A stretch of 63,740 nucleotides of DNA, filler included, from Asterionella formosa (Eukaryota), in the NCBI GenBank assembly GCA_002256025.1. It is 20 parts of 20 records of this genome, joined end to end, with 100 filler letters (N's around TTAATTAATTAA, not from the genome) between each part and the next. Parts side by side here need not be neighbours in the genome. Positions count along the whole stretch, not along the records: positions 9,338 to 29,181 come from NKIB01003514.1; 19 more parts are not named here. One strand, given 5' to 3'. Of the stretch, positions 10,657 to 21,920 are shown in pieces. The translations under genes were made by a program, and so were the position numbers. The notes under the pieces were generated by a model. It searched no databases. It had not been told where the DNA came from and was given only the letters and a program-made list of their open reading frames with translations. The first letter of the stretch is position 1, and every line of letters starts with the position of its first letter.

Positions 10657-13141
10657 GGTTTTAGGATATTTATCTTGTTAAGAATCTTAAATGGTGAGGA
10701 GAAGAGGAAACTGTCAGTGATTTGCAGATGGGGAAATTTGGTAAGAGTAGTAATAGAGGCGCGGATGCAAATTCTAGTAACTGGTATCGTTGTTCTAGTA
10801 TGTCTTCCACGTGGATGATACAGGACGCGACGGAATCGCGAGAATACAATCTGATGGACAATGAATGCACCATGGCGGTTCACANNNNNNNNNNNNNNNN
10901 NNNNNNNNNNNNNNNNNNNNNNNNNNNNNNNNNNNNNNNNNNNNNNNNNNNNNNNNNNNNNNNNNNNNNNNNNNNNNNNNNNNNNNNNNNNNNNNNNNNN
11001 NNNNNNNNNNNNNNNNNNNNNNNNNNNNNNNNNNNNNNNNNNNNNNNNNNNNNNNNNNNNNNNNNNNNNNNNNNNNNNNNNNNNNNNNNNNNNNNNNNNN
11101 NNNNNNNNNNNNNNNNNNNNNNNNNNNNNNNNNNNNNNNNNNNNNNNNNNNNNNNNNNNNNNNNNNNNNNNNNNNNNNNNNNNNNNNNNNNNNNNNNNNN
11201 NNNNNNNNNNNNNNNNNNNNNNNNNNNNNNNNNNNNNNNNNNNNNNNNNNNNNNNNNNNNNNNNNNNNNNNNNNNNNNNNNNNNNNNNNNNNNNNNNNNN
11301 NNNNNGTAGAACTTGAAATTATGATACACGGCATGTATCATCACGGATAAGATTTTTTACGTAGGGTTAGGGTTAAAAACTGGGACCATATGCATCCCAG
11401 TATATACCCTAAAAATAAGGAGAAGACTACCGGTACTGGGACAGAAGAACACTGGGAAGAACAAATCATTCGTAAACATTAACTCAAGGAAGTCCCCTGA
11501 AATTTGCTATAAGAAATGTGGCTACTAGTATATACATACTTTGAGAAAATGTGCAAAGAAGCGAAAATAGTATATACTGCAGTATGTAAGAATCCATTTC
11601 AACGTCACCCTAGTAGGACCAATTGAGAAGGCATTAAAGTATTAGCAATCAAGACCAACAAACCATTGAAAACATGGACAAATCAAACAAACACAGTGAT
11701 CTTAGGAAATAACATTGCAAGACTGGGCATAGCACCACTGGAAGGTGTACCATGGTCAAAATTTCTTATTATAAAGAAAGAATGAAAAGGGGAGGATGTA
11801 TGTGACAGCTATGTAAAAATCAAATAGTGTAGCAAATTTTCAAAGCATAAGGACAATGACAAACATGACATTGACTGATGCAGAACATAAAATAAATACT
11901 AACCTTAGAATGTAAGAACCAAGCATGAGTTGAGCGAGCTTCACAATGATGAGAAGTAGAGGTGACCAAGAAAGTCAGTAGCTATCCAGCAGCTCCATCC
12001 CCAGGTTTTCCGGTCTGGAGGGCATAAATGGAAAAGGTCATTAAGGTCAATGATCCAACAGGAAGAAAATGCCATATCAGAGGAAACCCAAAATAACCAT
12101 GGCATTTAGTAAAGCAACATCAGGCTCCAAAGGACTGTAGTATTCTGCACAGCGAGGGTCATGAAGGACAAGCAAAGTGTAATCAGCAATGAGTCAGACT
12201 TCAACTGATATTATGAATCTGCTGTGGCATCAGCCAATGTATTTTACTTACTAACATACCGACATAAATAAATGAAGAAGCCATGAACCTTTCCAATTTT
12301 GACACAGTCCATAACAGACGATGAACAAGGCTGCATGGTCAAAAAACCAGAGAAATCCAGTCAAATACTGAGACACAAGAAAGCCGAAGCCATACCAGAT
12401 TACCGATGAGTCAGGAGGTAATGTATCAACAGATAATCTGGAGAAGTGACCAAAAAGTGAGGTGCCTGGTAGTGCAAATAATTTATCAGTAAATGAGTCG
12501 TCTATTAGACTGAACTATTTCGAAATATTATGTTCACTTTTATCAATTTTAATCATGGTGGTTTTTATTTGAAAATGACTCAGTTGTTGCTTTGCCACCA
12601 TTCTACTCATAGAATATGACGAACAGTATTTTATGCCCAACAAATACTCGNNNNNNNNNNNNNNNNNNNNNNNNNNNNNNNNNNNNNNNNNNNNNNNNNN
12701 NNNNNNNNNNNNNNNNNNNNNNNNNNNNNNNNNNNNNNNNNNNNNNNNNNNNNNNNNNNNNNNNNNNNNNNNNNNNNNNNNNNNNNNNNNNNNNNNNNNN
12801 NNNNNNNNNNNNNNNNNNNNNNNNNNNNNNNNNNNNNNNNNNNNNNNNNNNNNNNNNNNNNNNNNNNNNNNNNNNNNNNNNNNNNNNNNNNNNNNNNNNN
12901 NNNNNNNNNNNNNNNNNNNNNNNNNNNNNNNNNNNNNNNNNNNNNNNNNNNNNNNNNNNNNNNNNNNNNNNNNNNNNNNNNNNNNNNNNNNNNNNNNNNN
13001 NNNNNNNNNNNNNNNNNNNNNNNNNNNNNNNNNNNNNNNNNNNNNNNNNNNNNNNNNNNNNNNNNNNNNNNNNNNNNNNNNNNNNNNNNNNNNNNNNNNN
13101 NNNNNNNNNNNNNTCGATTCATTTTTACGTTGTTGACTAAA

Positions 13142-15096
13142 ATGGAAGCAACTCCAGGAACGCTAGCAGAATCCTTGTTGGATGATCTGGACGACCTTTC
13201 CGATGCCGACGATGAAGGAGAAGAAGAAGAATTGGCTTCAGGAACGAACAACAGTAAGCAGGACTCACACCACACAATACAGAGTGGCAATAACAGAGCA
13301 ACAACAACGGGAAGGAATACCAAATTGACACTGGATCCGGTACTCTTGAATCATTTAAACAACATTCGACAACACCAAAATCAACAGCCACAACAACAAG
13401 CAATGGATCAGAAACAAGATGAAGAATACGAACACACGCTCATTACTCTGACAAACAAACATCTTGTTGCACTGGCAAATGAATTACAACAAGCACATTT
13501 AGATCTTTGCCATGCCTATGCACCTAAATTTCCTGAATTACAAGAACTTGTTGTGGATCCAATGCAATACAAGAATGCTGTCCGGGTTATTTGTAATGAA
13601 ATGGATGTTACGAAAGTGAATGATGAACTTAATAACTTTTTGACCAGTAACCAAATTATTACTATTAGTGTTGCAGCATCCACCACCTCGGGGATGCCAC
13701 TCACTCAACACCAACTCACCCATGTGCAACAATGTGCTGACTATATGGATGACATTTATGCCATTCAAAAGGAATTGACTGCATTTGTGGAATCAAGAAT
13801 GACAGCTCTAGCTCCAAGTATGTGTGCACTTATTGGTCCATCGACTGCAGCGAAATTAGTTGGATTAGCAGGAGGTTTGGGAGCGCTCTCAAATATACCT
13901 GCTTGTAATGTACAAGTATTGGGACAAATCAAACATAATGCCACATCCAAGGCAGGATTGGCAACGACGTCCACCATCACACAAGCACAACATCATGTTG
14001 GAGTACTGGCAGAATGTGATTTGGTTCAAAGTGTCCCATCGTATTTACAAAAAAAGACACTCAAGGTAGTGGCTGCAAAACTTGTTTTGGCAGCTAGATG
14101 TGACTTTGTTAATGTTGATACAGGTAGAAAGAGAAGTGCGACATCTGGAATTGCTTTTAGACAGGAGATTTTGAATAAAATTCAAGAATGGCAAGCACCA
14201 CATAAAGCTCAAGTACTCAAGGCTTTACCAAAGTAAGTTTCATTCAAAAGTCCATCCCCTCTCCCAGCCTCCCCTCACTACTACNNNNNNNNNNNNNNNN
14301 NNNNNNNNNNNNNNNNNNNNNNNNNNNNNNNNNNNNNNNNNNNNNNNNNNNNNNNNNNNNNNNNNNNNNNNNNNNNNNNNNNNNNNNNNNNNNNNNNNNN
14401 NNNNNNNNNNNNNNNNNNNNNNNNNNNNNNNNNNNNNNNNNNNNNNNNNNNNNNNNNNNNNNNNNNNNNNNNNNNNNNNNNNNNNNNNNNNNNNNNNNNN
14501 NNNNNNNNNNNNNNNNNNNNNNNNNNNNNNNNNNNNNNNNNNNNNNNNNNNNNNNNNNNNNNNNNNNNNNNNNNNNNNNNNNNNNNNNNNNNNNNNNNNN
14601 NNNNNNNNNNNNNNNNNNNNNNNNNNNNNNNNNNNNNNNNNNNNNNNNNNNNNNNNNNNNNNNNNNNNNNNNNNNNNNNNNNNNNNNNNNNNNNNNNNNN
14701 NNNNNNNNNNNNNNNNNNCGATTTGAAGAAACAGAACTCATGAAGCAAGCTAATACCAGAGCATTTTCCTTGCAATCTGGCGAGTATGGAGATGACGCCA
14801 TGGGCCGTTCCATGGGGATGTTAGATACAGAGGGTGGTCAGCTTCGTAAAACATTCCAAAAACGAGTCATGAGTCAAGCCAATACCAAGGCATCCAGAAA
14901 ACGAGATGCCCATCAAATGAAAGCTGCTGCAGGATCATCTACAAATGCAAATGGGTTGGCAAGTAGTATGGTATTTACTCCGATGCAAGGGATGGAACTG
15001 ATTGACCCAGATGCCAATCGAAATCGAGTAAAGGACGCAAATCGCAAGTGGTTTTCAGACAATGCTGGATTTCAATCAGCATTACCAAGGAAGTGA
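13142..15096 (+). CDS. PRPF31: U4/U6 snRNP protein Prp31 (exon 13142-14232; intron and gap; last exon visible 14719-15096)
   Basis: LLDDLDDL N-terminus, NOSIC YAPKFPELQELV, Nop domain LAGGLGALSNIPACNVQVLG, then KALPK followed by a GTAAGT donor. C-terminal ETELMKQAN...GLASSMVFTPMQGMEL. Confidence 0.93.
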
Positions 15097-15279
15097 GAAC
15101 CATTTGGCAATGTTGATTGGCATTTGATAGTTGAATAAAGTAAATTACTATAATTTAAAAAAGACGTGCCATTCATTCGCATATATGTCCACATACACTT
15201 ACAGGCCCAGCGACAACTGGAACTAGGATAAGAACAAAAATCGTTTCCATTACTAAACAATCAGGTATTAATAGAAAAC

Positions 15280-17376
15280 TCAATTCAACTTTTGTTCGTT
15301 CATATCAAGTCGACCACCTCGTAGCAATCGTCGTCCTGTGTGTTGTTTCAAATGACGCATTCGATGTTCCATTAAATTTGTGGTCCATAGAAAATCTCCA
15401 TCTGCCGTAATTGGCCGCACAACGTGTCCAATGGGTGTATCATTCAATGGTACTCCCGATCGACACGACCACGACGGCGGCAATCGCTTGCCCCCCAACT
15501 TTGGTTCATCTTGAGCTGCTGCCACAACCATTTTTGTATACACGTCGTCGGAACAAATGTCACGAAACAAATTCAGAATTTCCCGATTCAATAATCCCAG
15601 TTTGCAACCTTCCTCAAAGACTGTTTCCAAGGCGCGGTTCCGTGCCTCTCCAACGGGGATTAAATTGTTACATGCCGATAGCATACTATGAAAGGTATCG
15701 GCATCGCACATGTTAGCAAGCCGTGCATCACGAAAGGTTTGAATGGCCAATGAAAATGCTTGCATCATGATAGTTGAGTCTTTCTGTGATGCACAGACAC
15801 GAATAAAGCCATTGTATACACTCGGTAGTATGGATGTTCCCAATCGTTGTTTGGCTTGTTCGAATAATTCCATTGCTGGGAGGAGTTTTTCCGTATTTTT
15901 GGATATGGCGTAGGTAATCAAAATGGCTGCATAGGATTCCGCATTTGGTCGTGTGTCGCTCGATGCAATCATGGTTGCCAAAAGTGCATGGGCATTTTGT
16001 AGTGGTATGACAGGTCTACTTGTAGCTGACCATGCATTGAGAACATGATTATAATCATTTGTGGTTAGAAATAAGTCTGTCTGGGTATGATGAGCTCGAT
16101 TCATGGCATACAATAGTTCATGAGCCCGGGATGCCGACTTGAATGGATCCTGACATTTTTTGTGACGTGCGTCATTGGCCCATGTTTGAATGGCAGCCGA
16201 ATAACAGTCAATATCTGCTAAAATATGTCGTTCCTGCATGAATTTGAAAACAGCATCAACTTTGGGTCCCAAGTTATGAATGGTACTGTTGGCCAATGTT
16301 TGTAAGACGCATTTGTAACACAGTAGGTCAGGTCGTACTTGAGTATACCGATGGACAAATAAAAAGTTCATGCGTGTCAAAAGGTCGTAGCCTTGAACCG
16401 CAGCTCCCTTTTCTTTGGCAGTTACCATGGCTTTAAATACGAAATGGTATTCTTGTAATGTTGGTTCCATATCGAAACGTCCCGATGAAGTGAGCAAGTC
16501 AGTCATAGTAAGGAGGTATGCCTTTGCATTCAAGGCCGCTCGTTTTTGTCCACTATTGCACCACACCTGAATCATGATTCTAAACGTCTCTGCCGTTGGT
16601 TGCACTAGATTTTTACTACTAGTACTCATCGTGTTGAATAATTGAGTAGCAAATGTAGCTCTAGCATGCTCTTTCGATTGTCCCCAAATGTTGAATACTC
16701 GATTGTACATGTCAATGGTTGGTCGCGATGTAGTGGTAGTACTCCTTGATTCCATGAGTTCTAAAACTCGTTGTGCTCGTTGTGGTACACCTTTTTGATC
16801 ATGTGGTACTAACGACCAAGCTGTCAGGACAGCCATGTAATGAGTAGATGTTGGCAATAGTAGTTTGTTATTCGTCCTTATTGCCTGTGTATACATGAGT
16901 TCAAGTAGTTCATTGATTCGTTCCGCTTTCGTGACGAAGGAGGAGGAGGATGTTAGGTCGTTTGTGTTGGCCCATGCCTCCATACAAGCAGTGTAAGCAG
17001 CTGCACTATTGGTGTTGCTATTGCTACTACTACTATTAGTAGTAGTGTTGTTGTCGTCCTTGTGTTGTTTGAGTATAATGGCATGAGCTTGAGCAGCATG
17101 TCCAGCAGCAGCTAAAGCAAAGAGTTCTGTTCTTTGGTTATTAGAAGGTGTGGTGGTAGAAGTAGTGGTAGTGGTGGTATCAGCAGTATCAGAAGTTGTA
17201 TCAGAAGTGTCTGATGTGGAGGATAGAAAGCGGTTCCATGGAGTCACATTCCCGGTAGTCCTAGGCAATGATAGGAATGTACGACACGTAGTTGTTGTTA
17301 CGGCTGTGCGGTGAGAGAATGCTACTGATGGAAGTACGAATGATCCTGATTTTGGTTGTTTGAATGGTTTTGCCAT
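15280..17376 (-). CDS. Pentatricopeptide-repeat (PPR) protein, probably organelle (mitochondrion)-targeted
   Basis: Recurring PPR-like motifs (YTACMEAWA, YMAVLTAWS, YNRVFNIWG, YKCVLQTLA, YSAAIQTWA, YNHVLNAWS, FHSMLSAC). Basic R/S/T-rich N-terminus. The start could also be the ATG at 17454. Confidence 0.85.
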   Translation of the reverse strand: MAKPFKQPKSGSFVLPSVAFSHRTAVTTTTCRTFLSLPRTTGNVTPWNRFLSSTSDTSDTTSDTADTTTTTTSTTTPSNNQRTELFALAAAGHAAQAHAIILKQHKDDNNTTTNSSSSNSNTNSAAAYTACMEAWANTNDLTSSSSFVTKAERINELLELMYTQAIRTNNKLLLPTSTHYMAVLTAWSLVPHDQKGVPQRAQRVLELMESRSTTTTSRPTIDMYNRVFNIWGQSKEHARATFATQLFNTMSTSSKNLVQPTAETFRIMIQVWCNSGQKRAALNAKAYLLTMTDLLTSSGRFDMEPTLQEYHFVFKAMVTAKEKGAAVQGYDLLTRMNFLFVHRYTQVRPDLLCYKCVLQTLANSTIHNLGPKVDAVFKFMQERHILADIDCYSAAIQTWANDARHKKCQDPFKSASRAHELLYAMNRAHHTQTDLFLTTNDYNHVLNAWSATSRPVIPLQNAHALLATMIASSDTRPNAESYAAILITYAISKNTEKLLPAMELFEQAKQRLGTSILPSVYNGFIRVCASQKDSTIMMQAFSLAIQTFRDARLANMCDADTFHSMLSACNNLIPVGEARNRALETVFEEGCKLGLLNREILNLFRDICSDDVYTKMVVAAAQDEPKLGGKRLPPSWSCRSGVPLNDTPIGHVVRPITADGDFLWTTNLMEHRMRHLKQHTGRRLLRGGRLDMNEQKLN

Positions 17377-17987
17377 TCTTGTCGCAGTTGAATTCTTCGT
17401 TGTGCATCGGCGCAGCAGTAGAATTGCGTAAAAGTTGGGGTTGCTCGAAGTCATTTCATAGATGATAGGAAACACGCAACAACTAAGGAGAGCGTGTGTA
17501 TGTGTGTGTAGTTAGTATCAGTGTTGGGTTGGTCGATTGGGGGATGAAAACAATTCAATTGTTGTTCAAGAAGCAATTATCAACTGTTTATACCGATACG
17601 CTGTACATACATATCAGTAGTACACCATGGTGCAGTATTTGGCGGTCGGTCTCGTTTGTTTACAAGAAAGCGCGCAACAACCACAACGAAGAGCGAGACG
17701 ATCGAGGGCTGTGGGGGGGGGGGTTATTTGCTTGCTATGATGGTACAGAATACCGGTAGACGACTGTACTGGCTACGTATGAATTGGTCACTGGTCTTAG
17801 GTACCCGTGCAGTACCGGTATGTATGTCATAAGTACGTACAAGGGGGCCGGGGGTTTCGCCCATCAATAAAGTGATTTCACGAAAATCAGCAACAAATAA
17901 AAGTATGGACACATATCAAGAACATAAAATAATAGCCATTTCATTAGCCAGGCATTCTCCTCATCCTCATCGCATCTCTTATCAAGA

Positions 17988-19622
17988 ATGTCAGTAGTAT
18001 CACATTGTGCATTTGAACTCACATTCCTATTACTACTACAATTGATGATGACGACAATGACTTTTTCGTTTCGAATAGCCAATTATGGGTTCGTTCGTTC
18101 ACAACGACCGTTCCATTTGCATCCTTACCAATTCAATCCATATTGCTATTCTTCGTCCACCATTGCTCGACAAGGTGCCTTGTTTACTACAAACAAACAA
18201 GAACATCAATTCACTACCACTGCAACTACTACAACTACGACGACGAAACCTCAACTCATTATTCATTGGAAGGGTGAATGTGACAAACACTTTAGTGCAC
18301 AATTTCGACAGCTTGAATTTCTCAATTCATTGGCTGCTGTTTGGGGAAAATTACAAGAATCAACAACAACAACAAATACTACTATTAATTCTATTCAACC
18401 ACCTACAATTACATTTACAAATGCTCTGGAATGTAACATTGATGAATTTGGACAAGAACAAGTGGACTTGTACAATGAAGCAATGCAATATATAACTCTT
18501 GCTGCCGATGATGACAACGATAGTACACGACACGCACTCTATGATGCTACAGAGCGATGTTCCTTGGTACATGCCATTTATCAAATCATGGCTGTGGGAC
18601 ATGTCCCAGAGGATTTGGCACCCAAAGCAATAGAAAATGGAGGTTTTGCAGATATGGTTGTCACGCCACCTCCAAACGACGGAACAAATAGTAACAACAA
18701 AAACTACCAAAAACAATATCCCCTTACTTGGTGTGTTAGAGCACGAAACTATGGTGGATCCACTGGACGACATTCAGAAAAGGCAAGATCCATGACATTG
18801 GAACAGTCCATGTTGATTGCTTTGACTCCATTGCTAAAAACATTCACTGGCAAGGCACATCTTGCAAATCCAGATTGTAAAATATATGTCTTTGATGGTC
18901 TACTTGGAACATTTCCAATGATTTTAGCACGACGCAGAGCCAGAGGTCCACTCACATTTACCATTGCACCCACAACACGAATATGTATTACAAATACGCC
19001 CTTGCCACCCACAGCTGCCTTTACACTTTGCAATGTAGCAAGAATACGCAATGGACAGACTATACTAGACCCTTACGGTGGATCATGTACTATACTATTG
19101 GCAGCTGCCATGTTGGCACCAGAGTGTCAGTCGGTAGCTATTGACATTGCACCTCCACACATTCTACGTCGAGATCATGTTCTCCAAGATTTTGAAACAC
19201 GAGGACTTTGTCCTCCCCTAGCCTTGATTCATGGGGATTGCACCAGTTTGGAAATTCGTGACCAAGCCCGTGCAGCAATTTTTGACAATACTACTACTAC
19301 TACTAAATCGAATGATGGATTTGATGTCATTTGTACTGACCCACCCTATGGAGTTCGTGAGTCTGCAAAGTACAATGAATTGAATCCATTGGACCATTTG
19401 TTTTTATCTATAGCTCAAGATGCTGAGCAGGGCAAACGATTGGTAAAAGTTGGAGGACGAGTGGTGGCGTTTGTACCAGTAATGGAAGAGGAAGTATTGG
19501 AAGATTGCATGCCAAGTAAGGAATTGACACAACAGGCGGGGTTAGAATTGGAGATGGTACAAGAACAAGTTTTGAATGAACGACTTAGTCGATGGATGGT
19601 TGCCTATCAATGTGTGCGATGA
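17988..19622 (+). CDS. Trm11-like SAM-dependent tRNA (guanine-N2) methyltransferase with N-terminal targeting peptide
   Basis: Motif I ILDPYGGSCTILLAAA, catalytic DVICTDPPYGVRE, a THUMP-like upstream region, and C-terminal LVKVGGRVVAF. Confidence 0.75.
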   Translation: MSVVSHCAFELTFLLLLQLMMTTMTFSFRIANYGFVRSQRPFHLHPYQFNPYCYSSSTIARQGALFTTNKQEHQFTTTATTTTTTTKPQLIIHWKGECDKHFSAQFRQLEFLNSLAAVWGKLQESTTTTNTTINSIQPPTITFTNALECNIDEFGQEQVDLYNEAMQYITLAADDDNDSTRHALYDATERCSLVHAIYQIMAVGHVPEDLAPKAIENGGFADMVVTPPPNDGTNSNNKNYQKQYPLTWCVRARNYGGSTGRHSEKARSMTLEQSMLIALTPLLKTFTGKAHLANPDCKIYVFDGLLGTFPMILARRRARGPLTFTIAPTTRICITNTPLPPTAAFTLCNVARIRNGQTILDPYGGSCTILLAAAMLAPECQSVAIDIAPPHILRRDHVLQDFETRGLCPPLALIHGDCTSLEIRDQARAAIFDNTTTTTKSNDGFDVICTDPPYGVRESAKYNELNPLDHLFLSIAQDAEQGKRLVKVGGRVVAFVPVMEEEVLEDCMPSKELTQQAGLELEMVQEQVLNERLSRWMVAYQCVR

Positions 19623-19749
19623 AGTCCCTGTTTAGTTACTAGAACTACATCTATCGATTAAAACTAATGGGCCAGTAGGCTAATTTTGTTGAGAATGCCA
19701 TCAGTATCATTTTAAGCATACGGCATATGCTGCAAATGAAGAGTCTGAA

Positions 19750-21000
19750 CTACATGTTGAAATCTAAAATGACAGTTTCATTATGATAAGGGGGGAGGGG
19801 GATTTCAGATATCATGGTCACCGATATTTTTGGACTATCAGTGTACAAATATGAATGCTCATCGCTCTTCACACATTTGTGTGGTACATTCCAGCATTCA
19901 TACCGAATTTGTGTTGAACAAAATAAATTGTTTAGCAAATAATTTTAAAAATTAGGTTATACCTACATGATGCATATTTATACTTAAGACCATTCAATAT
20001 CTCTCAGAATATTTTGGATGTGCCTGCTCTTGGGAGCACCAACTCATATATGAATATATATAAACTTTAATTAAATCATCTTATAGTCGCATGTTGAAGC
20101 TATCCAAAAATTGCACTCATACCCACATGATGAAAGGAAACAATTAGTAATAATTTTATTCGTCTGTGAGTCACTCATGACTGCCTGCATTTCCAATTGC
20201 ATTCCTCTGCAGAAGAAACAAGGCAGGGTGCGCATATCCAATAGAGACATTTAATTTTGAACAAAAACTGGTGGCCCGAAATTACAATGTAAATCAATCA
20301 TTTGTAGAATGATTTTCTTCTTCCCCATTGCTTTTACATAGTAAGATTGTGTTTGATATTGGGAAAGATCCTGCATTTTCATGTTTGTCGGCCGATATTG
20401 CTCTGATGTGATATAATATTGATTATGCTTATTTTGGAAGCAAAATTGGAACAACAACTTTCACACCAGCCACATGTTGTAGTAACCTACAATTTTGTTT
20501 GTTTCATGATACATTGCTGAACAGCCTTGATTGCTGAATTGTGAAGAATGTAATTAGATTTGACTAATTACTTTTCTGTCAGCCAGTTGGGCTAAAAATG
20601 AATAAGTTTATTGTGTAATTCTCCGGAGTATACTTTAATTCATAGTTGGAATGAACTGGAAAACTTTGATGATAAATTGAAGCAAATACTGTGCCCCCCC
20701 CCTCTTGGCAGAATCTTCACAAAACTCTTCAAGGAAAAGCCAAGCACTTGCTAAATTGCCAACTTATGGTCAGTCCATAATTTGATTGTAGTAGAACAGC
20801 TAAAAAACCATGTGTTGTCACTTCTTGTCCATATCATGACCCCAAATCCTAAACTGCTACTGGCACATAGCTTTCTTGGTAATCATGAATTTTTTGATTG
20901 TGACTTTTTATCAAGCAATGAAGCCAGCATGCATAACATACTGCTTCCCACTTATTGGTTTCAACTTTTGAAATAACAACAAGGACGCCATACACAGCAC
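19750..21000 (-). pseudogene. Heavily decayed coding remnant, possibly MULE/SWIM-type transposase
   Basis: Stop-riddled minus-strand fragments. LFCSTQIRYECWNVPHKC loosely resembles a SWIM Zn finger. Weak support. Confidence 0.2.
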
Positions 21001-21680
21001 ATAGTATGTATCATGACATGCAACAACTCAAAAGAGGCGTGATTGAAAGCAACCCAAAGATTGTTATGAATGTGTCATCATGATGACAAGAATTATACTG
21101 TACACTGTGTTCAAAAGGCAGGTGATAGTGCCGATTGGAGGGGCTTTGTTCCAGTCCTGCGTTGCACTTTTTTGACCACCTCTTCGTCAATTACTGGTAA
21201 ATTAGCTACCGGTACCGGTACCGGGATTCAATTTGAATTCGTAGACGTACTGTACCTAGCGGTATTCTATACACACAAATATATATATGTACCGGTATAC
21301 CGGTATAGACAAATTTTATAATTCTTATTTATCCCGCCTGTACTAAGCACCAAGGAGGAGCCACGCCGAGGGAAAACGCTTTCTTGTTTGTGCTGGCTTG
21401 TTCATGTTTGAATTTCGATGTATGTACCCCTCGTTACTTTCTGTACTCAAAACAAACGCGTCTGAAGCGCAGACGACCAGGTACGATACCTACGTAGGAT
21501 GGTAGAAGGTACTTCAGTATCTGGTATGTACAGTTTGATCCTGCTTCACAAAATAGAGTTAAAATAACGGATCTTTTTCTGGTTCTTGTTTGTTTCGTTT
21601 ATATGGTGGCACAAAGTACCGGCAAAGGATAAATTACAATTATACTCCGAGTACTACATATATAGTATTACAGGTCAACA

Positions 21681-21815
21681 CCGACAACGACAACGACAAC
21701 GACAACGAGGACCCTTCTCAGACCTTTTTATTTTAGACTAGTCTACGGTACACTTGTTTGCCGGACTCCTTCTGCTACTGCTACTGATACTGATACTGAT
21801 ACTGATACTGATCCT
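21681..21815. repeat. Hexanucleotide microsatellites (CGACAA)n and (CTGATA)n
   Basis: Directly visible at ~21682-21708 and ~21784-21812, upstream of the GT90 gene. Confidence 0.85.
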
Positions 21816-21920
21816 GCTACTTAGTAATAACACAAATCACATTCTTGCTTCGTTGCTTGAGGTTCCACCTTTAAGCTTTCAAATTCAACGGTATATCTTC
21901 CATTTTGGTTTGACTCACAC

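Noticed and set aside
11306..12650. Possible gene between RPL4 and PRP31
   Set aside because: No ORF of 60 aa or more in real sequence and no recognisable motif; at most a decayed repeat.
10722..14813. Long ORFs spanning N runs (also 50578-51536 and 53699-54043)
   Set aside because: Artefacts of translating through assembly gaps.
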